Below, one piece after another: positions 27,288-35,297 of a DNA stretch of 64,000 nucleotides. The translations under genes and the position numbers were made by a program. Below the pieces are notes generated by a model. That model was not told the DNA's origin. It made no database searches and worked only from the letters and a program-made list of their open reading frames with translations. Source of the DNA: an uncultured bacterium (GTDB lineage: Bacteria; Desulfobacterota; Binatia; UBA1149; CAITLU01); the NCBI GenBank assembly GCA_903893315.1, contig CAITLU010000031.1, forward strand, positions 14,402-78,401, given 5' to 3'. Position 1 is the stretch's first letter, and the number at the start of each line of letters is the position of its first letter.

Positions 27288-28537
27288 ATGTAGTCTTTCT
27301 CGAAGCGTCGGCGGGCAGCGTCATCGGTGGATCGCTGACCGGCATGATCGAATTGTTGCGCGGCCTGGATCGTAGCCGGGTGTCACCACTGGTCGTGCTC
27401 TATGAGCACAAACCTGCGGTTGCGGACCTCGTCGGCCCAGGGGTTCCGATTCGTGTGTTCGACAAACGGCGCCTCCCCAAAGAGCACGGTCTGGAGGCGA
27501 GTTCTTCATACGCGAAAGCCAAGCGCATCGGAGCCGTTTCCGCGCTGCTGCGTAACCTCCGCGAGTCGCTGACTTTTATTTTCGAGACGGTTCCGGCCGG
27601 TGTGCGTCTGGCGCGCCTTCTGCGCGAGTCTGCTCCCGACCTGGTCTACGTATGTAACGGTTTTCGCGGTAACGCCGACGCCATCGTGGCGGCGTGGCTG
27701 CTTGGTGTACCATGCGTGGTGCACTCCAAGGGCTTCGACAAGTTCAGCTTCATCGACCGCGTGCTGTCGCGCAGAGTGGCTCTTTGTATTTCGATGACGA
27801 AAGCCATCGAGGTGCACTGCCGAGAGGGCGGCATGAAGCCCGAAGCGTACGCGGTGGTGTACGATGGCCTGGATCTGTCTGCGTTCAAGCCACGGCGCGA
27901 TGCCGCCGATGTACGGCGGGAACTCGGCACGGCTCCGGATGCCGAAGTGGTCGGTGTCGTCGGCAATATCCAAGCATGGAAGGGGCAGCGTGTGCTTGTG
28001 GACGCGCTGGATCTGCTGCGCGAACGTCGTCCGCGGCTCGTGGCCTGGTTGGTCGGTGGTGTTCACCGCGGCGGACTCGCTTATTCCGAAGCTCTCCTGA
28101 CTCATTTGCGAAAGCGTGGCCTCGAAGATCGTGTGGTACTGAGCGGTCCGCGTCCGGACGTTCCCGATCTGATGGCCGCCATGGATATCGTCGTACATAC
28201 TTCGGTGCGCCGGGAACCGTTCGGCAGGGTGATCATCGAAGCGATGGCGGTGGGCAGTCCGCTCATCGCGACGCGTGCCGGTGGCGTGCCGGAACTTGTC
28301 AACGACGGGCAGGATGGCGTGCTGACTACTCCGGGCAGCGCCGGGGAACTGGCAGCGGTCATCGATCGATTGCTCGAAGATACACAGGAGAGAGAGCGCT
28401 TGGCTGCGGCGGCTCTGCATTCGGTGCAGCGCTTTCGGCTCAATCTTCACGTCGAGAGGATGTGCGCGTTGTTCGAGGGCGTCGTTGCGGGGCGCAGGGG
28501 ACGCGATCTCGTCGGTGCTATCGAGGCTGATTCGTGA
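27284..28537 (+). CDS. GT4 glycosyltransferase
   Basis: GTG 27284 overlaps the upstream stop (GTGA). C-terminal GT4 core EPFGRVIIEAMAVGSPLIATRAGGVPELVNDGQDGVL. Confidence 0.8.
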   Translation: MNVVFLEASAGSVIGGSLTGMIELLRGLDRSRVSPLVVLYEHKPAVADLVGPGVPIRVFDKRRLPKEHGLEASSSYAKAKRIGAVSALLRNLRESLTFIFETVPAGVRLARLLRESAPDLVYVCNGFRGNADAIVAAWLLGVPCVVHSKGFDKFSFIDRVLSRRVALCISMTKAIEVHCREGGMKPEAYAVVYDGLDLSAFKPRRDAADVRRELGTAPDAEVVGVVGNIQAWKGQRVLVDALDLLRERRPRLVAWLVGGVHRGGLAYSEALLTHLRKRGLEDRVVLSGPRPDVPDLMAAMDIVVHTSVRREPFGRVIIEAMAVGSPLIATRAGGVPELVNDGQDGVLTTPGSAGELAAVIDRLLEDTQERERLAAAALHSVQRFRLNLHVERMCALFEGVVAGRRGRDLVGAIEADS

Positions 28538-29640
28538 GCGCTACGTCCACCTTCCGGTTTCACGGCGTCACGCTGCGTCTGGAGTCGCAGGTCGCGGCTT
28601 TTGCCGACTACGTCGGCTCTTCCTTGGAGCCATTTCGCGTCGACGATCAGGCCAAGGCCGACATTGTAGCCAGTCTGGAGTGGGTGGAGGGATCGCCTGC
28701 CAGCACCCTGAAGGAAGCCTTCGCTGATGCGGGCTGGAGTCACCGGCCTGATCGCGACCTCTACCTGGGCGAAGGACGCGGCTATTGGTTGCGGATCGAC
28801 GACTTCACCGATCTCCACCTTGCGATCCGTTTTGTCGACGGGCGTCTCGATTTGGTCGGGCGCTACTATTTTTCGCTGGCCAAGGGACGCGGCTGGGATC
28901 GCTTCCAGCGCTGGAGGCACAAGGGCCGCCTGGAGACTCTGCGCGCTCGCCGCTTTTCGACTCTGCTCTACTATGTCTTTTACCATCCCGTGCTGTGGCG
29001 CCTGAGCCGCTTCGACGGGCTGCACGTCCTGCACGCCGGAGCTGTCGCAACTCCAGACGGCGCCGTCGTGCTGGCCGGTATGCCGGGTTGCGGCAAGTCG
29101 ACGCTGGCAGTGGCGCTGCTCGGGCAGCCCGCGTGCCGCCTGCTTTCGGACAATCTTGTTCTGCACGACGGAGCGCGTGTGTGGGGATGTCCGGAACTGT
29201 TGCTGCTGGACGCGAACAGCCGCCGATTGGCGGGGCCGGGGGCGGATCGTCTGGTGCCGACCGGTGAACGTCGTGTTTTTTCGCGTGACGCTTACCGCGT
29301 CGCCGATCTTGAACTGCGCGCCCAGCCAGTGGCTGCCGTGTTCCACGTCGAGCGCGCCGTCGTTTCGGCGACGAGAGAGTTGAACGCATCGGAGAGCGGC
29401 GCGCGCTTGCATGCGGCCAACATCATGGCAAAGGAAGTTCGGCGTATGGCCATCATGAACGAAGTCCTCGACGCCGTTGCCGGAACCCGCAGACTCGACG
29501 AAGTCGAGTCGCCGCGCCGTCTGGCGGCGGCGACTCGCAACTACGAAGTGCGCGTCGCCGACTCGGCAAGTCTTGCCGAGTTCGCCCGTCGTGAAATTCT
29601 CGGCCGCGTTGACGGATCGGCGTTGCGGGGGGCACTTTGA
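28534..29640 (+). CDS. HprK-related P-loop kinase (HPr kinase C-terminal-domain-like), EPS-locus embedded
   Basis: GTGA coupling at 28534. The C-terminal half resembles the HprK kinase domain: LHVLHAGAVATPDGAVVLAGMPGCGKSTLAVALLGQPACRLLSDNLVL. The N-terminal 160 aa are unassigned. Confidence 0.65.
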   Translation: MSATSTFRFHGVTLRLESQVAAFADYVGSSLEPFRVDDQAKADIVASLEWVEGSPASTLKEAFADAGWSHRPDRDLYLGEGRGYWLRIDDFTDLHLAIRFVDGRLDLVGRYYFSLAKGRGWDRFQRWRHKGRLETLRARRFSTLLYYVFYHPVLWRLSRFDGLHVLHAGAVATPDGAVVLAGMPGCGKSTLAVALLGQPACRLLSDNLVLHDGARVWGCPELLLLDANSRRLAGPGADRLVPTGERRVFSRDAYRVADLELRAQPVAAVFHVERAVVSATRELNASESGARLHAANIMAKEVRRMAIMNEVLDAVAGTRRLDEVESPRRLAAATRNYEVRVADSASLAEFARREILGRVDGSALRGAL

Positions 29641-31043
29641 GTGCAGCCAAGGCGAAGCGCCAAGGCTCTTCGCTGTACAAGCTGGTCGAGGACTTCGGCG
29701 GCACGCTAGCCACTGTTTTCTTCAAACTGGGCCTCGGTGTCTTCATCGGCATAATCACCGCGCGCACCCTGGGCCCGGCCAACCGCGGCATCTTTTCGGT
29801 GGTGACTTCTTTCCCGGCGTCGCTCACCACTCTCACCAAGCTCGGTCAGGCCCAGTCGACCATCTATTTCATCAAACGCGAGCGCGAAGACGTAGTACGT
29901 GTGGCGTCGACCGCGATGGTGTTCGGTCTGGTCGCGGGCTTGATCCTGATCATCGGCACCTACCTGCTGCGAGACCAGATCGTCGGCTCGATGCTCAAGG
30001 GAGTGCCGCTGTGGGCTCTCATGACCGTGCTGCCGATGATTCCTACCCTGCTGGTGGAGAGTTATCTGTACGGGGTGCTTCAGGCCACCGATGGTTTTCG
30101 CGTCTACAACACGCGGCTGATCGGTGAATCGATCCTGACTCTGGTCGGGATGTCCGTCGTCCTGCTGTGGTTGGGATACAGCCTGCCGGGCGCGCTTGCC
30201 GTCGCCGTCACCTTGCGTGTGGTGATGGTGTCATGGGTCCTGTGGACGGTGCAGCGCGAGCACGGCCTGCGTCTGGAATTCGACTTCCCGCTCTTCCGTC
30301 GCATGCTGCGTTACGGCGTGAAGTCGCACCTGCAGATTGTCGCCTCCCACTTCAATTTCAAGGCCGGCGTGTATCTGTGCGCGTACTATCTCACTCCGGC
30401 TGAGGTCGCCTTCTACGCGATCGGAGCGCGACTTGCCGAGCAGATGATGCAGGTTCCCCAGTCTCTGGGGCTGGCGATGTTTCCGCGGCTGGCCGGCAGC
30501 ACGGAGGAACGCATTCACTCGATGACGGCGGCGGCCTGCAGGCAGACGCTCGCGATCACCGTGGTAATGGCGGTGGTGCTGAGTTTGTTCGGCCGCTTCG
30601 CCATCGTCGGCCTTTACGGAAGCCGCTACGCAGAGGCTGCTGTTCCGTTGGTATACATAGCGTGGGGCATCGTGATGATGTCCCAGTACGTGCTGCTGTC
30701 CAGGGATTTCACCGCCCGCGATCGCCAGGTCATTAACGTGATAGCCGCTTACGTGGCGTTGTTCGGCAACGTCAGTCTCAATGTGTTCCTTATTCCGCGC
30801 CTCGGTATCCGGGGTGCGGCGATCGGGACGGCGGTTTCCTATTCTCTAGCGGCGCTGTTGCTGTACTTCTTCTTCGTCAGGGAGTCGGGGCTTCCCTGGT
30901 ACGAGTCTCTCGTCTTGCGGCGCAGTGATCTCGAGATGTGGAAGAGGGTGGGAAGCGAGGGGATGGTTCGCGTACGTGCCGCCCGGGCCAAGAGCAAGAT
31001 GGCGGGGCAGACTTCCCAGGACGTACAGGACGGACAAGAGTGA
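29637..31043 (+). CDS. Wzx-type flippase (MOP/polysaccharide biosynthesis protein family)
   Basis: TTG start at 29637 overlaps the upstream TGA. About 12-14 TM helices. Typical Wzx/PST layout of 468 aa. Confidence 0.8.
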   Translation: MSAAKAKRQGSSLYKLVEDFGGTLATVFFKLGLGVFIGIITARTLGPANRGIFSVVTSFPASLTTLTKLGQAQSTIYFIKREREDVVRVASTAMVFGLVAGLILIIGTYLLRDQIVGSMLKGVPLWALMTVLPMIPTLLVESYLYGVLQATDGFRVYNTRLIGESILTLVGMSVVLLWLGYSLPGALAVAVTLRVVMVSWVLWTVQREHGLRLEFDFPLFRRMLRYGVKSHLQIVASHFNFKAGVYLCAYYLTPAEVAFYAIGARLAEQMMQVPQSLGLAMFPRLAGSTEERIHSMTAAACRQTLAITVVMAVVLSLFGRFAIVGLYGSRYAEAAVPLVYIAWGIVMMSQYVLLSRDFTARDRQVINVIAAYVALFGNVSLNVFLIPRLGIRGAAIGTAVSYSLAALLLYFFFVRESGLPWYESLVLRRSDLEMWKRVGSEGMVRVRAARAKSKMAGQTSQDVQDGQE

Positions 31044-31166
31044 CGACAGGCTGGCGACGCCGACCCGGGTTTCGGAGTGAGTCAATTCACCGCGGGTGAA
31101 AGCGCTCAAGTCGGCGCGGGCGGTTCCGGGCTTTTCTTCGAGTTTGGCTCTTGCGGCGTGCGGTCG

Positions 31167-33746
31167 ATGTGGCACTCTGATTCGGCAGTTGTCCCGCTGC
31201 GCCCGAGTATGCAGTCGCTAATTACCTGTTTGTCGCTCTCACGCTTCGTCGATACCGCCCGCAGGGGGTTGTTTGTTTGTGTCGGTGCGCTGGCTCTGAC
31301 TCTCGCCCTGCGTGAGCGGGCTCTTGCCGTGCAGGTGAACTGCGGGACCGAAGGAGACGGGTTCGGCTGGGCCGTCGATGCCGGCGCAGATTTCGATGGC
31401 GACGGAGTGCCTGACATCGCTGTCGGCGCGCCCTGCGCGAAAGTGGGCGGACTGCTCAAGGTCGGACGCGTGCGGGTGTTTTCGGGTGCGACCCACCGGC
31501 GTCTGCTTTCGCTGAGCGGAGAAATGGCGGACCAGCAGTTCGGCTCGGCGATAGCCCTGGTGCCGGACTTGGACGGTGACGGTAAGGCCGAACTCGCTGT
31601 CGGTTCCTCCACGTTCGCGCCCAAGAAGGGCAGCGGCACGATAAATCGAGCCGGCAAGTTTGAACTTTTCTCGTCAAAGGGAGGCGTGAAGTGGACCCTG
31701 ACGGGGACCACTCATGATTCACTCATAGGCGAAGCCGTGGCAGTGGTCGCGGACATCGACGGTGACGGGAAAGCGGATCTCATGGTCGGCGGCAGCGGTG
31801 TGGATGTTGCCGGCGAGGCGCGGGGAACCGCATACATTCTTTCGGGTGTTTCGGGAGCATTGCTGGGCCGCAACGACGGTGAGCGTCAGTTCGATTACTG
31901 GGGCAGCACACTCGGGAGCATCGGTGACGTCGACGGAGACGGACACCCCGATCTCGTCGTAGCATCGAACTCGGCGGACCGGCCCTTGCCAGCACCGCTG
32001 GCCGACGTTTCAGGTGCGGATCTCAGCGACCCTTCGTTCGCCAATCCTACTTCTACGGGGACTCCCGTAACCACGACGACGTTTCCCGCCGACGTGGGGC
32101 GAGTCAAGATCATTTCCGGCTTTCCTCCTTTTGCCGAACTCGCCCGTATGGAAGGCGACGTCGACGAACGCCTTGGCCGTTCGGTGGCGGCCACTTCGGA
32201 TCTTTCAGGCGATTCACTCGACGACCTGTGGGTCGGTTCGATCGGAAGTGACGTAGGGAATCAGGCCAAGGCGGGAATTGTTGCGCTGTACACTTCGCTT
32301 GGAATTTTCGTGCGCAGTCTGGCCGAGCCCACGCCCCAGGCCGGTGCCGGCTTCGGCATGGCGGTGGTCGTTCCGGGTTCTGTAAACGGCGACGGCGTTG
32401 AAGACGTCGTCGCGTCGGCTCCGAACGGCACGGAGCCGGGCACTTCCGAGTGCGGAAGAGTGCACGCTTTCGACGGATCGAGCGGCGCGGTGTTGTGGTC
32501 ACGCAGTGGTGCTATTGCCGGCGCGCGGTTGGGACAGTCCCTGGCCGGTGGTTTCGATTACGACGGAGACGGTGTCGGTGACGTTGTGGTCGGTGCTCCC
32601 GGTGACGCACCGGCGGGTAGGCGTGGGGCGGGCTCGGCTTATGTGTTGTCGGGTGCCGACGGACAGACGCTGGCGCGTCTTGGCGGAAGACGCGGTCGCG
32701 AGACCCGGTTGTTCGTCGCCGGTCTCGGAGATTCGCGGCGGTTGTCGGTACGCAGCTTCGATCCATTCGGGCATGTCCGCGAAGCAGACATCGCGCCCTT
32801 CCGCAGCAGCAACGGCGCAGCGGCTACACTTGCGGTTTTCGATGATGCTGCCGGCGCGGCGGCCGACGCGGCTTTGCTGGCCGTGGGAACCGGTCGCGGT
32901 GGCAGCGCTCCCGAGGTCGTCGTGTACCGGGCAGGTCGTCGCAGGTCGGGAGTGCTTTCGCGCTTCCAGGCCGGGCCGGCTGGTTACAGCGGCGGGGTGA
33001 ACATCGCGGCCGGCGATCTGTCGAGCGAGGCAGGTGATGAAATCGCGGCAGCGCCGGCGGACGCCTCCGGTGCCAGCATTGACGTCGTCATTCACCGTCG
33101 CTGGGACACTGATCCTCTGGGGCGCAGCGTCTGGACCCCGGCACGAACCTTTCCTCTGTTTGCCGCGGGAGACACCGTCCTCAACCGTACTGTCGGCGCC
33201 GTCGGTGTGAATCTGGCGGCAGGAAATCTGACCGACGCACCGGGTGATGAACTGGTTGCCGGACCCATCGTTGGGCTGCCTGCGGTTCGCGTGTTCAATC
33301 GCGCGGGCACCAGGATTGGCCAGTGGCTGGCCTATCCACCGGAAGGAACCGGGTCGACGCCCAACGTCGGCACGATGGTGGCTGTGGGCGATCTCGACGG
33401 CAGCGGGTTCTCGGAGGTCGTCACCGCGCCGGCTGCGGGCCAGCCTTGGATTCGTGCCTGGACTATTGATGGCAATCCCTTTGTTATGAACGGCAAGTCA
33501 GTCAGTTTCTTCTGCAACGACTACGGCCCGAACTTCTCGGGCGGGCTTCGTCTGGTAGTGGCTGACGTCGATTTCGACGGGCAGGGCGAGATCGTGGTCG
33601 CGCCCGGTCCCGGCGTGCGCGCTCCCATCCTGGCCTTTGAGGCGGACGGCAAGCCGGTTGTGGGATGGACCGCGTTCATGCCCTTCGGGCCCGCGCTACG
33701 CTCCGGCCTTATGCTCGCAGCCAGCGATTTCTTCCTGCGTCGTTAG
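31167..33746 (+). CDS. secreted FG-GAP repeat (integrin-alpha-like beta-propeller) protein, about 860 aa
   Basis: About 11 repeats of the Dx[DN]GDGxxDLxVGAP type (DFDGDGVPDIAVGAP, DLDGDGKAELAVGSS, DIDGDGKADLMVGGS, DVDGDGHPDLVVAS, DYDGDGVGDVVVGAP, ...). Signal-peptide-like RRGLFVCVGALALTLALRERALA. Start is ambiguous between ATG 31167 and ATG 31209 (GTG 31077 in the track). Confidence 0.75.
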   Translation: MWHSDSAVVPLRPSMQSLITCLSLSRFVDTARRGLFVCVGALALTLALRERALAVQVNCGTEGDGFGWAVDAGADFDGDGVPDIAVGAPCAKVGGLLKVGRVRVFSGATHRRLLSLSGEMADQQFGSAIALVPDLDGDGKAELAVGSSTFAPKKGSGTINRAGKFELFSSKGGVKWTLTGTTHDSLIGEAVAVVADIDGDGKADLMVGGSGVDVAGEARGTAYILSGVSGALLGRNDGERQFDYWGSTLGSIGDVDGDGHPDLVVASNSADRPLPAPLADVSGADLSDPSFANPTSTGTPVTTTTFPADVGRVKIISGFPPFAELARMEGDVDERLGRSVAATSDLSGDSLDDLWVGSIGSDVGNQAKAGIVALYTSLGIFVRSLAEPTPQAGAGFGMAVVVPGSVNGDGVEDVVASAPNGTEPGTSECGRVHAFDGSSGAVLWSRSGAIAGARLGQSLAGGFDYDGDGVGDVVVGAPGDAPAGRRGAGSAYVLSGADGQTLARLGGRRGRETRLFVAGLGDSRRLSVRSFDPFGHVREADIAPFRSSNGAAATLAVFDDAAGAAADAALLAVGTGRGGSAPEVVVYRAGRRRSGVLSRFQAGPAGYSGGVNIAAGDLSSEAGDEIAAAPADASGASIDVVIHRRWDTDPLGRSVWTPARTFPLFAAGDTVLNRTVGAVGVNLAAGNLTDAPGDELVAGPIVGLPAVRVFNRAGTRIGQWLAYPPEGTGSTPNVGTMVAVGDLDGSGFSEVVTAPAAGQPWIRAWTIDGNPFVMNGKSVSFFCNDYGPNFSGGLRLVVADVDFDGQGEIVVAPGPGVRAPILAFEADGKPVVGWTAFMPFGPALRSGLMLAASDFFLRR

Positions 33747-34025
33747 CTGGATCCGGCCTGGCCGGTCGCCGCGCCGCGCCGCGACGCGGCGGTGGCAAAG
33801 CGTATCCGCTTCGCGGTGACGGTGGTGTGAGTCGCGGCGACAGGCGGCCGGGTGGCGGTTGACGGCGCTTGACCGGGAGCGACTTGGGAGGGGGCGGCGC
33901 TGGCCCTGTCGCGTCCCTCTGGTACTGTGCGCGCCTGCGTTTTTGCATGGCCCGCGGGGGCCGGCCGCTCGCGGAGATCATCGGTGACATTCTCGGCTGG
34001 GCGGACAACGGAGCCGCGTCGCGTC

Positions 34026-35150
34026 GTGTACGTGATCGCATCCATGATCACGGGCGGCAGCCAGACCCACCTTCTTCAAGTTTTTCGTTTTATCGATCGA
34101 AGCCGTTTCGCGCCGAGCCTGTTCGTTCTTCGGGACGCGGGCAATCTGCTCGACCAGGCGCGCTCGCTGGGTCTTCCCGTGCGCACGTTCGGCATGGGCG
34201 GCACCCTGCGCGATCCCCGCGATCTCAGGGGCTTGGCTCGATTGGTTGGCGCGTTGCGCGAACTTCGCCCGGAGGTGGTTCACGGCTATCTGCTGCGCGG
34301 AAACTTCTACGCGGCCGTGGCGGGGCGGCTGGCCGGGGTTCCTGCAATAGTCACCAGCAAGCGCGGCCTGCACCGGCCTGCCGGTGCCAGTGAGCGCCTG
34401 GCGGTGCGGGTTTCCAACTCACTGTCGCATGCCATTACCGGCAACTCGCCGCAGGTCCTGGAGTTCACCCGCGAGGTCGAGGGAAGAGTCTCTGCGCCGC
34501 TGGTCATGATCCCGAGCGGCATTGATGCGGTTCGTTTCGATCCGCGGGCGGTTTCGGCCCAAGCCGGTGCGCGGCTGCGCGGCGAACTCGGAGTAGGCGC
34601 TGCCCCGCTGGTCGGAACGGCGATCACCTTCCACCCGAAGAAAGGCTTCGACCTGCTCTTCGAGTCGATGGCCCTGCTCCTGAAAAGTTCTCCGGAGGCC
34701 CACCTGCTGATCGCCGGCGAGTCGCAGATGGCGCCGGAGCCGGCGGCGCTGGTGCAACGCCTGGGTTTGCAGGGACGAGTCCATCTTCTTGGCCGTCGCT
34801 CGGACATGCCCGAAGTGCTGTCGGCCCTGGATGTGTTCGTTCTTCCTTCGCAGAGCGAGGGAATGTCCAACGCCATTCTGGAAGCCATGGCGATGGAAGT
34901 GCCTGTGGTCGCCACTGCGGTGGGCGGTACCCTCGAGGTGGTCGAAGAGGGACGCAGCGGTTTTCTCGTCGACTATCCGGATGCGGCCGCGATGGCCGCG
35001 CGGGTTTCGGCGCTGCTGTGCGACCCGCAGCTTCGCGCGCGCGTCGGTACTTCGGCGCGGGAGCGCGTTCTGGCCGCGTATTCCGCTCCGGCGATGGCGC
35101 GGCAGATGGAAGATTTGTACGCGCGGCTGCTCGATGGAAAAACGCGCTGA
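34026..35150 (+). CDS. GT4 glycosyltransferase
   Basis: C-terminal GT4 core SEGMSNAILEAMAMEVPVVATAVGGTLEVVEEGRSGFLV. Start is uncertain: GTG 34026 gives MYVIASMITGG; ATG 33927 would add a non-conserved leader. Confidence 0.75.
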   Translation: MYVIASMITGGSQTHLLQVFRFIDRSRFAPSLFVLRDAGNLLDQARSLGLPVRTFGMGGTLRDPRDLRGLARLVGALRELRPEVVHGYLLRGNFYAAVAGRLAGVPAIVTSKRGLHRPAGASERLAVRVSNSLSHAITGNSPQVLEFTREVEGRVSAPLVMIPSGIDAVRFDPRAVSAQAGARLRGELGVGAAPLVGTAITFHPKKGFDLLFESMALLLKSSPEAHLLIAGESQMAPEPAALVQRLGLQGRVHLLGRRSDMPEVLSALDVFVLPSQSEGMSNAILEAMAMEVPVVATAVGGTLEVVEEGRSGFLVDYPDAAAMAARVSALLCDPQLRARVGTSARERVLAAYSAPAMARQMEDLYARLLDGKTR

Positions 35151-35297
35151 CGACATTTTGTCGATCTCCGGTTCCGCGGCGACGTGGGCTTCGAGGAAGA
35201 GGGCGGTGTCGAAGAAAGCCGGGACCTCGGCCTGACCGGCGCACTGGCGCGGGGCCGTGATGCGAGATCGGAACGAAGAAGTGGGCAAAGAGGAAGG

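Noticed and set aside
33660-33746. C-terminus of the FG-GAP protein as a PEP-CTERM sorting signal
   Set aside because: The tail …MPFGPALRSGLMLAASDFFLRR has no PEP tripeptide. Its hydrophobic stretch is only about 15 residues and is interrupted by R/S/D. It is not convincing as an exosortase substrate.
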